NCBI GenBank assembly: GCA_009780985.1 | Contig: WQYZ01000001.1 | Span: 4,030-68,029, forward strand | Reading direction: 5' to 3' | Length of the DNA: 64,000 nt | Origin: Oscillospiraceae bacterium | Lineage (GTDB): Bacteria > Bacillota > Clostridia > Oscillospirales > WRJC01 | In this document: in pieces, positions 27,149 through 35,672 of the stretch | How the letters are laid out: each line of letters starts with the position of its first letter | Position numbering within the stretch: the stretch's first letter is position 1 | Program-made: the position numbers and the translations under genes | The notes under the pieces: generated by a model | The model's database searches: none | Told to the model about the DNA's origin: nothing | Seen by the model: only the letters and a program-made list of their open reading frames with translations

Positions 27149-28003
27149 TCATATCGTTTGCAAGACTATTCCTGCTACGATAAACGCAATGGCTATCCCG
27201 TCTTTTATTTTAGGAGAACGCGATTTACTCAACTCTGCACTTTGTCCGTATAATAAGGATTTATTTTTGACAAACATCGCTATTAATATACATATGGCAA
27301 GTTCTATTGGTCGTATAAAGGAATAAGCGGTGACTGATTGCTGCGTTACCATATTACCTAAAAACAAAACGATAAAACCTAAAAACTGCTGTATGATAAC
27401 AAGTTTTATGACAGTTATATTCTTTTTATGGTCGCTGAGTTTGTATTTCCAGCTGAAAATCAGAACAATGATTGAATTCAGTAAAAGTATAAATAAAGCA
27501 TTTGAGCAATACGACAGAGCGTATCGCGTACAATAAGCCAAGCCAACGTCGCATAAAATTCTTATAATTATTCCTTTTTGCAGATTTTTTATTTTTAGTT
27601 TGACATCAGCTATCAGAAAAACGCCTAAAAGTGTTATAACAATTGATAAAACACCAAAAAGTGAAAAAGCTTTAACCCCTATCAGACAATCAATCACATA
27701 TGCCAAAATTACGCTCAAACACATATACGATTCAGACTCATAAGGAACCAAATGCTTCATAGTTGCTACAATAGCCGCCATTTTTCCGTATCTGAATAAC
27801 AAAGCTCCAGCGAAAATAGGAATAAGCCAATAACTAAGACTAAAATAAAAAGGCGTGACAAAAACCATTATTGCGGCAAAGGGGATTAAAAACAGGCAGG
27901 AATAATAAAAGAAGTCGCGGCGCGACGGACCTGCGCTGACGGTTCTTTTTTCTGCAAACGACTGTACAGCCCAAAACAATGATGTAAGAACAGCTAATGG
28001 CAA
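27149..28003 (-). CDS. polytopic membrane protein, possibly DMT/EamA-like permease
   Basis: About 9-10 hydrophobic helices. TTG start with SD GAGGGG 8 nt upstream. AT-rich. Confidence 0.5.
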   Translation of the reverse strand: MPLAVLTSLFWAVQSFAEKRTVSAGPSRRDFFYYSCLFLIPFAAIMVFVTPFYFSLSYWLIPIFAGALLFRYGKMAAIVATMKHLVPYESESYMCLSVILAYVIDCLIGVKAFSLFGVLSIVITLLGVFLIADVKLKIKNLQKGIIIRILCDVGLAYCTRYALSYCSNALFILLLNSIIVLIFSWKYKLSDHKKNITVIKLVIIQQFLGFIVLFLGNMVTQQSVTAYSFIRPIELAICILIAMFVKNKSLLYGQSAELSKSRSPKIKDGIAIAFIVAGIVLQTI

Positions 28004-28161
28004 AATATATCCCCTCGGTTCTTTCGTTTTTTATAACATTGGCAGAACATTATATAAAATTCAACACAAAATTAGATGAAGATTAAGATGAAGATAAAAA
28101 TAAAAATCCCAAACCTGCCAGTGTTTTCTGCGAAAACCGGAAGTATAGGATTTAATATAAA

Positions 28162-28233
28162 TGACCCGTACGAGAATCGAACTCGTGTTACTGCCGTGAA
28201 AGGGCGGTGTCTTAGCCTCTTGACCAACGGGCC
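28162..28233 (-). tRNA. tRNA-Glu (anticodon UUC)
   Basis: The reverse complement reads GGCCCGTTGGTCAAGAGGCTAAGACACCGCCCTTTCACGGCAGTAACACGAGTTCGATTCTCGTACGGGTCA. It has a 7-bp acceptor stem, a CTTTCAC anticodon loop and a T-arm ACGAG/CTCGT. No CCA is encoded. Confidence 0.9.
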
Positions 28234-28295
28234 TTATAAATTTCTGAGCGTGCCCAGAATCTGAACGCGTTCATACTGAATTTGTTCAGTATAAA

Positions 28296-28369
28296 TAGCG
28301 GAAGTTGGATTTGAACCAACGACCTGTCGGGTATGAACCGAATGCTCTAGCCAACTGAGCTATTCCGCC
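28296..28369 (-). tRNA. tRNA-Met, elongator type (anticodon CAU)
   Basis: The reverse complement reads GGCGGAATAGCTCAGTTGGCTAGAGCATTCGGTTCATACCCGACAGGTCGTTGGTTCAAATCCAACTTCCGCTA. It has a D-arm GCTC/GAGC, a T-arm GTTGG/CCAAC and a TTCATAC loop. It lacks initiator features. A lysidine-modified tRNA-Ile2 cannot be excluded. Confidence 0.85.
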
Positions 28370-28424
28370 ATAATCACTGAATTTATTCAGTATATTCACA
28401 TTTACTTAAAAAGAACACTTATAT

Positions 28425-28453
28425 AGTTTATCATAAATTAGAGCATTTGTCAA
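28425..28453 (-). promoter_or_regulatory. sigma-A promoter of the tRNA-Met/tRNA-Glu operon
   Basis: On the minus strand: TTGACA, a 17-nt spacer, then TGATAAACT (extended -10), about 55 nt upstream of tRNA-Met. Confidence 0.5.
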
Positions 28454-28497
28454 CACCTAATTTTCATTTTTATATATTTTTTTATAACTTAATATTA

Positions 28498-28995
28498 TTA
28501 TATATATTTCCCGAAATTTAAAATATACAGCATTTCGCCGCTTGTATGTGTTCCGATATGCCGAAATCCCATACGGGTATATAAACTCTGCCCGCGTATA
28601 TTTGCAAATGACGTCGTCAGCATTACGCCTCCGTATTTATATTCATGCAAATAGTTTGTCAAATGCTGTATAAGCAGTCGTCCCAATCCGTGACCTTTGT
28701 ATTCCTCTCTGACCGCTATACCCAAAGTAGGCACGCATAAATCCATATCCCATGCAAATATGTATCCTGTCATTATTTCTCTGCCGTCTTCATTTCTGAC
28801 TGACGACAGAAATCTTACTCTGTCAGGCTCATCGCCGCTTTTATCAAAATATGACAGCGCGTCGTTTTCATTGCCGCTCCCTCTGTTGAAAAATCCGCGG
28901 CTCTCCCCGCCCATCTGCCCGAAAAACTCGACAACGAGGTTTTTATCCTCAACCGAAAATTTCCGGATTATATGATTATTTATGTCTACTAACAT
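28498..28995 (-). CDS. GNAT family N-acetyltransferase
   Basis: Acetyl-CoA motif A in REEYKGHGLGRLLIQHL and a C-terminal YTRMGF. 165 aa. Confidence 0.8.
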   Translation of the reverse strand: MLVDINNHIIRKFSVEDKNLVVEFFGQMGGESRGFFNRGSGNENDALSYFDKSGDEPDRVRFLSSVRNEDGREIMTGYIFAWDMDLCVPTLGIAVREEYKGHGLGRLLIQHLTNYLHEYKYGGVMLTTSFANIRGQSLYTRMGFRHIGTHTSGEMLYILNFGKYI

Positions 28996-29008
28996 TTTTC
29001 TTTCTCCT

Positions 29009-29821
29009 TTAAAAAAACTTTTTCAGGTATTCCCCGGCTTCGATATATTCTTCTTTTGTGGATAAATGCTCTAACATAAGAGGGATATTTTCGTCAAGTT
29101 TGCGTACTTCTTCAACCAAACATCTGTGGCTGAAATTGCCTTTCCCCGCGATAACCTCGCTCAAGTGAACGGTCATTTCCTGCGAGAGAGTTATATCTTT
29201 TACATGAATACTTTTTATATATTTGCCGAGTTTTGAAAAGCAGTCTTTGATAACTTCTTCCGTGCTGTAATATTTCAAGGGACTGTTTATTGTGTTTACT
29301 ATATCGAGATGCGCGGCAAACTGCTTGCGGTCGATTGCGCGAATCAAATCCAAATAGCTGTCCGCATCGTACGGATACATCCACTGCATCATTTCAAGAG
29401 TATAAAACGACCTTTTGGGGTTTACCGAATCTATTATATCTCTTGTTGTTTCGACTATCATATCAAACGCTTTTTTTGTGAAATTTTCTGGGGAATGACC
29501 GTCCCACTTATCGCCAAGATTCCCCGCAATATTGACGCAGCATTTCGTGTTGCTTTCATCTGCGATAAATAATTGTTCTTTGCAATGTTCGATTGCTTTT
29601 TTTCTTTCTTCGGGATTTAACGACATTGGATTGCACCAAGCTCCGATTTCTGCTAACATAATATCATGTTTTTCAGCCGCGTTTATAAAATCTTTTTTTG
29701 TATTCAGTTCGCTGATGCTGTGTATCCAACAGTACGCAGCCCTGTAGCCATATTTTTGATGAAGATAAACCCATTCTTCAGGGGTTCCAATTCCTTCCAT
29801 TATAGGTCCGCCAAGTCTCAT
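29009..29821 (-). CDS. sugar phosphate isomerase/epimerase (xylose isomerase-like TIM barrel)
   Basis: Size and pattern (AEIGAW..., HLDIVN, HVKD, MLEH) typical of the AP endonuclease 2/xylose isomerase-like fold. Confidence 0.65.
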   Translation of the reverse strand: MRLGGPIMEGIGTPEEWVYLHQKYGYRAAYCWIHSISELNTKKDFINAAEKHDIMLAEIGAWCNPMSLNPEERKKAIEHCKEQLFIADESNTKCCVNIAGNLGDKWDGHSPENFTKKAFDMIVETTRDIIDSVNPKRSFYTLEMMQWMYPYDADSYLDLIRAIDRKQFAAHLDIVNTINSPLKYYSTEEVIKDCFSKLGKYIKSIHVKDITLSQEMTVHLSEVIAGKGNFSHRCLVEEVRKLDENIPLMLEHLSTKEEYIEAGEYLKKFF

Positions 29822-29863
29822 AAAAATTACCCTCTCTTAATTTATTTTTCGTACTTATGTTAA

Positions 29864-30280
29864 TTAGAAAATATTTGTTTTTTTTATATTGTCTAAATTA
29901 TCTTTAACTTTATTATTTATATAATTCATAATTTTTAAGGCATCCCGTGCTTCAGTTTCTGTTAATTCGAAATAATTATCACCCGGATATCTTGTTTCCC
30001 GGTAATAATCAGCGAGTTTAGCCATTTCAAATGCCGTATCTTTATCAAACTTTTCAAAACCTAACTCACAGCACTTTTCGTATAATCGGCGGGGATTATG
30101 TGCAGACAAAGCTAATAAATCCGCTTCGCTCCCAAATTCTGAAATATAAGCTTTTAAAGATTTTTCTACGGATTGCTCACACAATTGACCGCACCCGGTA
30201 TATTCTTTAATGTTATATGCCGAATTTGCCAATTTAGCGTCCCGCTCTGCTATATAAAAGAAACTGCCTATCTTTGCCAT
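29864..30280 (-). CDS. HEPN domain protein (toxin partner of a HEPN/MNT pair)
   Basis: EQSVEKSLKAY, AHNPRRLYE and YYRETRYP segments typical of PF05168 HEPN proteins. It overlaps the upstream MNT gene by 13 nt. Confidence 0.75.
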   Translation of the reverse strand: MAKIGSFFYIAERDAKLANSAYNIKEYTGCGQLCEQSVEKSLKAYISEFGSEADLLALSAHNPRRLYEKCCELGFEKFDKDTAFEMAKLADYYRETRYPGDNYFELTETEARDALKIMNYINNKVKDNLDNIKKTNIF

Positions 30281-30507
30281 AACACAACGCCTTCTTTCTT
30301 TATCCAGTAATTAACATCCGACCATTTGTCTGCCGAATTTAACCGCTCCTCGGTTGTATAAACAACATCAATTTTTGTCATGAATTCTGAAACGATCCAC
30401 GCAACAGATAGCCTGTCTATTTTATCAATATCGGCGCAAACAATAGCCAAATCCACATCGGACATTAGATTGGCGGTACCCTTAGCCTGACTGCCAAAAA
30501 GAATCAC
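30268..30507 (-). CDS. minimal nucleotidyltransferase (MNT) domain protein, antitoxin partner; true start probably upstream of 30507
   Basis: ILFGSQAKGTANLMSDVDLAIV (GSxxxG...DxD). The frame stays open upstream to about 30591 and encodes domain-like sequence (TRQIVKDAWGKLKPVVEETENCRK) without an ATG/GTG/TTG. Confidence 0.7.
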   Translation of the reverse strand: MILFGSQAKGTANLMSDVDLAIVCADIDKIDRLSVAWIVSEFMTKIDVVYTTEERLNSADKWSDVNYWIKKEGVVLWQR

Positions 30508-30630
30508 TTTCCGGCAGTTTTCTGTTTCTTCGACTACAGGTTTGAGTTTTCCCCAAGCGTCTTTAACAATTTGCCTCGTAAAAATTACCCTCCCGATATA
30601 TTTCTAAAATTTTACATTTTTAATTTTATA

Positions 30631-30981
30631 TCATTCTGCATTGTGCGTATAATTTAATATTTTAATCATGTTCTCACCATCTGAAATATCCGAAGCAACT
30701 GTTTCCGCCATCTTTTTGGCAAACGGGCACGGATATCCGATAGGCGTTCCTTTTTGTATGCATGACGCAAATGCAATGGTGTCCGCGCCTCTTTCCAAAA
30801 ATTCACGCGCTCTCAGAACAGCTTTTTTCCCGGGACAGCCGCCGCAGTTTATAAATCCGATTATTTCGATATCCTCTGTGACATCAGAAAACGCGCCGCC
30901 TTTTTCCCGAATCATTCTGAAACATGTCGTTCCCGGACAAAAATCTTCTGTTTGCATACATCTGATAATCCCGACTTTCAC
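30631..30981 (-). CDS. CGGC domain-containing protein
   Basis: FINCGGCPGKK motif plus additional conserved Cys residues (IRCMQTEDFCPGTTC, ASCIQ). 116 aa. Confidence 0.7.
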   Translation of the reverse strand: MKVGIIRCMQTEDFCPGTTCFRMIREKGGAFSDVTEDIEIIGFINCGGCPGKKAVLRAREFLERGADTIAFASCIQKGTPIGYPCPFAKKMAETVASDISDGENMIKILNYTHNAE

Positions 30982-31082
30982 TTTATATTCCCCCCTCGCA
31001 TTATCTTCATTTTACACCTTTTCTCCCATTTTGTCAATACTCAGCCCTTCTATTTTATCCGCACTCATTTTAATTAACTGTA

Positions 31083-31111
31083 TTGACATAAATCGACACG
31101 GGTGGTATAAT
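31083..31111 (+). promoter_or_regulatory. consensus sigma-A promoter of the SIR2-TPR gene
   Basis: TTGACA, a 17-nt spacer, then TGGTATAAT. Both hexamers are perfect and a TGn extension is present. Confidence 0.65.
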
Positions 31112-31135
31112 ATACACAGAGGAATATAATGGAAT

Positions 31136-32401
31136 ATGGAGGTAAAAACTGTGGAATATATAAATTTATCCGAACTTATTGATACAGTTTATAATTGTAA
31201 ACCAAACGAACGGTTTTGTTTTATTTTAGGCGCAGGTGCGTCTGTGTCGTCCGGGATTCCTACCGGTGCACAAATGGCGACTAAATGGTTAAAGGAACTT
31301 GAAGACTTTGGACACGAAAAAACGGAAGACTGGCTCGACGCCCTAAAAGAAGAAGGAAAAAATATTGCGGAAAATCCGGGTATATACTATTCCGAATTGT
31401 ATGACCGCCGATTTGAAAATCCATTAGACGGATATTTAAGATTACAAAAAGAAATGGAATCAATTACGCCAAGTATAGGATATTATTATCTATCTTGTAT
31501 TCTCGCAAACACAAAAAATAATCTTGTTATTACGACAAATTTCGATAGTCTTACAGAGGACGCCGTTTATACGTTTACTGGAAGAAAAGCATTAACTATC
31601 ACTCATGAAGCGTTAGCAAAATATATTTTTATAAAATCCGGCAAAAGGACTAAAATACCAGACAGACCGATTGTTGCAAAAATTCACAGGGATTTATTTC
31701 TTCAGCCAAAAAGCAAAGCGGAAGATATAAAAGAATTATCTGAAGAATGGAAAAACGTTTTAAAAGAGATTATGGATATTTGTACGCCTATCATAATCGG
31801 ATATGGCGGGAACGACGGAAGTCTCATGGGATTTTTAGAGAGCTTAGACGATAACAAAAAAATATACTGGTGTTGCATAAGTAATCCTAATGATAGAATA
31901 CATAATCTTCTTGAAAAATACGATGGCTATTTAGTTCATATTGAGGATTTCGACAAAACAATGTATTCATTCGGAGTAAAATTCAAGTATAAATTTTCGG
32001 AAGAAAAACTTAAAAACGATATAGAAAAACGTGTTCAAAAATACAACATTCAGATTGAAAGTCTTGATCCCGAACGAAATATCGAAGAAGCAAAGCAGTA
32101 TTTTCAAAACGGAAAAACACATCATTTAAATAAAAAATATTTCGAAGCGATTATAGATTATACAAAAGCTATTTACCTTAACCCCGGTAATGATGCATAT
32201 TATAATGGGCGCGGCGTCGCTTACTACAACCTTGAAGAATATGATACAGCTCTTATAGACTTTACAAAAGCTATTGAACTTGCCTCAGATAATGCTAAGT
32301 ATTATTATGATCGTGGCAACACTAACAAATATCTCAAAAAAAATAAAGAAGCAGAATCAGATTTTGCAAAAGCAAAAGAACTTGGCTATACACCTACATA
32401 A
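31136..32401 (+). CDS. SIR2-like (SIR2_2, NADase-type) domain protein fused to C-terminal TPR repeats
   Basis: FILGAGASVSSGIP, VITTNFDSLTE (Asn), VAKIHRD (His) and IIIGYGGNDGS occur in canonical order, followed by three TPRs at the C-terminus. The functional start may be the in-frame GTG 31151 (SD GGAGG 8 nt upstream). Confidence 0.75.
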   Translation: MEVKTVEYINLSELIDTVYNCKPNERFCFILGAGASVSSGIPTGAQMATKWLKELEDFGHEKTEDWLDALKEEGKNIAENPGIYYSELYDRRFENPLDGYLRLQKEMESITPSIGYYYLSCILANTKNNLVITTNFDSLTEDAVYTFTGRKALTITHEALAKYIFIKSGKRTKIPDRPIVAKIHRDLFLQPKSKAEDIKELSEEWKNVLKEIMDICTPIIIGYGGNDGSLMGFLESLDDNKKIYWCCISNPNDRIHNLLEKYDGYLVHIEDFDKTMYSFGVKFKYKFSEEKLKNDIEKRVQKYNIQIESLDPERNIEEAKQYFQNGKTHHLNKKYFEAIIDYTKAIYLNPGNDAYYNGRGVAYYNLEEYDTALIDFTKAIELASDNAKYYYDRGNTNKYLKKNKEAESDFAKAKELGYTPT

Positions 32402-34580
32402 CAAACAAATCTTCCTGCGCGTCGTAATACTCCGTGAATGTCCCCTCAATTTTTTCATAATTGCCGCTCGGCAGGAGTTCGCGGGATTTCACGTTGTCCT
32501 TCCAATAACAGTCAAACATTCTTTCAAGCTCGGCTTTTATATCTTCGTGGAATACCGGAAAGGCAATTTCAAGACGCCTCGTGGTATTTCTCGTCATCAA
32601 ATCCGCCGAACTCATATAAACTTGCGGTTCGCCGCCATTTTTATTGTCTCCGAATATAAATATCCTCGAATGTTCCAGAAACCGTCCCACTATACTTATC
32701 ACTCTTATGTTGTCAGTTTTGCCCGGTATTCCCGGCAGCAGACAGCATATGCCGCGTATAAGCAAATCTATCTTTACCCCGCTCTGAGAGGCTCTGACTA
32801 ATTCCTCTATAATATCTTTATCTGTAAGAGAGTTCATTTTTAATCTAATGCGTCCCGTTTTGCCGCTCTCAGTTTTTCGTATCTCTTCGCCTATAAATTT
32901 TATTATTTCGCTCTTGAATTGAAAAGGCGCGACTAAAAAGCATGAATAGTCGTCGGTCGGGTCCGAAGTTGTTATGGAGTTGAAAAATTTCATCGCGTCT
33001 TTGCCTATCTGCAAATCTGATGTGATAATTCCTATGTCCGTATACAATTTAGCGGTCTTTTCGTTGTAATTGCCTGTTGCTAAATGAGTTATATATGTTA
33101 TATCGTTTCCGCTTTTTTTTGTGATAAGCGTTATTTTCGAATGTATTTTATATCCCTCCACGCCGTATATGACGTTGCAGCCGGCTTCTTCAAGTCTTTT
33201 TGACCAGTTGATGTTGTTTTCCTCGTCGAAGCGCGCCTGAAGTTCAACCACTGCCGTAACGTGTTTTCCGGCTTCTGAAAGACGGCATAGATAATTTATA
33301 ATCTGCGAGTTTTCGCTGAGCCTGTAGAGGGTTATTTTTACGCTGACTACATCGGGTTCAAATACGGCTTCTTCCAAAAGCTTTAGATACGCTTTAATCG
33401 TATGCTTGGGGAAAGACAGGAATATATCTTTCTTATCTTTTTCGACCGTTTCCATAACGGATTTATTCCCGTCGATTTCTTTTGGAAACACAGGATGTAT
33501 CGGCGTATAGAGCATATCGTCCGAGAGAATTTTGTTGTCTGTTTTGTCTATTTTATTTTTAAGTTCGAATATAAAATTCTGATCCAACGGAACGCACGTA
33601 ATAAAAGCCTGCTCTTCAAGTATGTTTAATTTCGCGCACAGATATTTTTTCATCGCGTTTAATTTGCTCCTGCTGAACTTGTTCATGGGGCTTTTACTTA
33701 TTTCAAGTCTGACGGGGGATAGCTTCCCTCTTCTTTTAAGAATATCGTTCATATATGTCCTGTAGTCAATATTCGCGTTGTAACTTTCATAGTCCGAAAA
33801 AGATTCTTCAACGGTGATATCCGCATTTCTTGTTATTCTTATTATGAATTTAGACGAGACTTTATGCTTTTTGAAAAGCTCTTTCGCATACTGATATATA
33901 ACATCTTCGGATAAAATATATTTGTATTCCTGTGCGGATTGCGTATCCTGCGCTGCAGATTTTTTTTTGCCTTTACCGTCTTTCTTGTCTTTAATGTCAA
34001 GATTAGCGGGTATTTCTATTATTCTGTCTGTATTTTTATTCTGCGAGATGATTCCGTATGAATTTTTATTTTCGTAATTCAGCTCTAAAATAATATATAC
34101 GCTTTTGTTGAACAAATGCGGAAACGGGTGTTTTGTATCTATTATCTGAGGCGAGAGCAGCGGCATAATTTCACGTTTGAAATAACTTTTAAGCCATTTC
34201 TTCTCGTCTTTGGACAGTTCGCCGAATTTGCAGTATTTTATGCCGTGGGCTTCAAGCTGACGCGAAACGTTCAAAAACATCTTATCGGCTTCGGGATAAA
34301 GTTCTTTTGTCATTCTGAAAATTTCTTTAAGCTGCCTTTCCGGACTCCAGCCGGTTTTATTGTCGTTTAACCCAATGTCTTTGAGCAGAGACTTATCATA
34401 TAGGCTGCCTACCCTAATCATATAAAATTCGTCCAAATTAGAGTGGAAAATAGAGACAAACTTAAATCTCTCAAATAGAGGCACGGAATTATCCCCGGCT
34501 TCTTCCAATACTCTTTTGTTGAATTTCAAAAATGACAACTCTCTGTTTATATAATAGTCGTTTGTTTTCATAATAATCAC
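32394..34580 (-). CDS. ppk1: polyphosphate kinase 1
   Basis: YINRELSFLKFNKRVLEEA N-terminal signature, phospho-His region YKIHSKITLI and a second PLD-like HSRIFIF. The probable start is the ATG at 34571 (MKTNDYY). Confidence 0.9.
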   Translation of the reverse strand: MIIMKTNDYYINRELSFLKFNKRVLEEAGDNSVPLFERFKFVSIFHSNLDEFYMIRVGSLYDKSLLKDIGLNDNKTGWSPERQLKEIFRMTKELYPEADKMFLNVSRQLEAHGIKYCKFGELSKDEKKWLKSYFKREIMPLLSPQIIDTKHPFPHLFNKSVYIILELNYENKNSYGIISQNKNTDRIIEIPANLDIKDKKDGKGKKKSAAQDTQSAQEYKYILSEDVIYQYAKELFKKHKVSSKFIIRITRNADITVEESFSDYESYNANIDYRTYMNDILKRRGKLSPVRLEISKSPMNKFSRSKLNAMKKYLCAKLNILEEQAFITCVPLDQNFIFELKNKIDKTDNKILSDDMLYTPIHPVFPKEIDGNKSVMETVEKDKKDIFLSFPKHTIKAYLKLLEEAVFEPDVVSVKITLYRLSENSQIINYLCRLSEAGKHVTAVVELQARFDEENNINWSKRLEEAGCNVIYGVEGYKIHSKITLITKKSGNDITYITHLATGNYNEKTAKLYTDIGIITSDLQIGKDAMKFFNSITTSDPTDDYSCFLVAPFQFKSEIIKFIGEEIRKTESGKTGRIRLKMNSLTDKDIIEELVRASQSGVKIDLLIRGICCLLPGIPGKTDNIRVISIVGRFLEHSRIFIFGDNKNGGEPQVYMSSADLMTRNTTRRLEIAFPVFHEDIKAELERMFDCYWKDNVKSRELLPSGNYEKIEGTFTEYYDAQEDLFVM

Positions 34581-34592
34581 TTACGTTTCTTT

Positions 34593-35519
34593 TTATATTT
34601 CCTTTTTTAGTATATTTTTTATGAGATACCCTTCGCGCACGCCGAACGAGCTTATTTTAATATATTCGCTTTTTACGAATTTCATGATTCGGGTGTATAA
34701 TATAAGTCCCGGAACGACAGTGTGAATTCTGTCCGGAGCCTCTCTTATAATCTCTTCGGCAAAATTCCTTTTGTTTGAGCAGAACGAATAAAGCATCTTA
34801 TATAAATCATCTGTTTTGATCATATATCCATTTATGGGAGCAGTTAAACTGTTGCTTTGCAGCCTGTGAATTTTTGCGATTGCCCTCGCTGTCCCGCCGA
34901 TAAAAAACACCTCGTCGAACTTATCTTTAATCCATGGTATTTTCTCCAATTTTTTGTCGGAGTATTTTATCATTGCCGAAATTTCATCCTTTTGAGGCAG
35001 AATTTTCGACACGAATTTTTTTTGAAGCGCAAGGCTCGCAATCGGCTCGCTGGTTAATTTTAAAGGCTCCCCGTTTGAAAAGCTTAAAAATTCTGTGGAG
35101 CCTCCGCCCATATCCATTAAAAGTCCTTTTTCGCCCGCAAGATTAAAATATTTTTTAATCCCATAAAAATCGTATAAAGCCTCGTTTTCTCCGCTTATTA
35201 AATCGACTTCTATTCCAAGAGAATTTTTTATTTTCATCATAACGTCATCTTTGTTTAAAATCCCTCTCAGACTTGCCGTCGCAAAACACGTAAAACAGTT
35301 GCTCAGCACGCTGTCCGAACATCTTTTAAATGACGAAAGTGTGGAAAGCAATTTTTCTATGCCTTCCTCTGCCAAAAGTCCGTCCTCGATAAAATTTATT
35401 ATTCCGAGCATTTCTTTTTCCGAAAACAGAAGCGCAAAAGTACCATCTTCCTGATTTATATCGTAAACGTTCATTCGAACGGAATTCGAACCGACGTCAA
35501 CAAGCGCGTGCCTTGTCAT
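34593..35519 (-). CDS. ppx: exopolyphosphatase (Ppx/GppA family)
   Basis: VDVGSNSVRMNVYD and DMGGGSTEF ASKHA-fold motifs. Immediately upstream of ppk1. Confidence 0.85.
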   Translation of the reverse strand: MTRHALVDVGSNSVRMNVYDINQEDGTFALLFSEKEMLGIINFIEDGLLAEEGIEKLLSTLSSFKRCSDSVLSNCFTCFATASLRGILNKDDVMMKIKNSLGIEVDLISGENEALYDFYGIKKYFNLAGEKGLLMDMGGGSTEFLSFSNGEPLKLTSEPIASLALQKKFVSKILPQKDEISAMIKYSDKKLEKIPWIKDKFDEVFFIGGTARAIAKIHRLQSNSLTAPINGYMIKTDDLYKMLYSFCSNKRNFAEEIIREAPDRIHTVVPGLILYTRIMKFVKSEYIKISSFGVREGYLIKNILKKEI

Positions 35520-35570
35520 TTTTTATAAAATCTCCGTTTCTTTTTTGCCAATTAAATAATTTGTGAACCC

Positions 35571-35660
35571 GTAGGGGCGCGCATTGCGAATCCGTATAAT
35601 ACATTGCCCGTCGGCGAAACTTGTGCTGTATCGACGGACGGGCGGAGTGCCCGCCCCTAC
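35571..35660. repeat. GTAGGGGC...GCCCCTAC REP-like nested palindrome (copy B)
   Basis: GTAGGGGCGCGCATTGCGAATCCGT...CGACGGACGGGCGGAGTGCCCGCCCCTAC. The termini pair, and the left arm is nearly identical to the left arm of the copy at 50162. Confidence 0.75.
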
Positions 35661-35672
35661 GGTCTTATTCTA

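Noticed and set aside
28076-28264. 62-aa ORF with an MKIKMKIKIKI start.
   Set aside because: It overlaps tRNA-Glu on the opposite strand. It arises from a short GATGAAGAT tandem repeat and low-complexity A-rich DNA.
28273-28391. The TGAAT...ATTCA cores of the tRNA-flanking palindromes, considered as ArgR (ARG) boxes.
   Set aside because: The ARG box is TGAAT-N4-ATTCA. These have a 2-nt spacer and sit in a tRNA operon. They are kept only as an unexplained palindrome pair.
32340-32581. When hand-translating across the line breaks at 32340/32341 and 32580/32581, my reading came out 1 nt short and then 1 nt long relative to the supplied ORF track. This suggested two compensating frameshifts in the SIR2-TPR/ppk1 overlap region.
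   Set aside because: The ORF track reads both genes through without interruption, and all other anchor points agree with my numbering. I treat this as my own reading error. It is the reason hand-derived coordinates are quoted as +/-2 nt.
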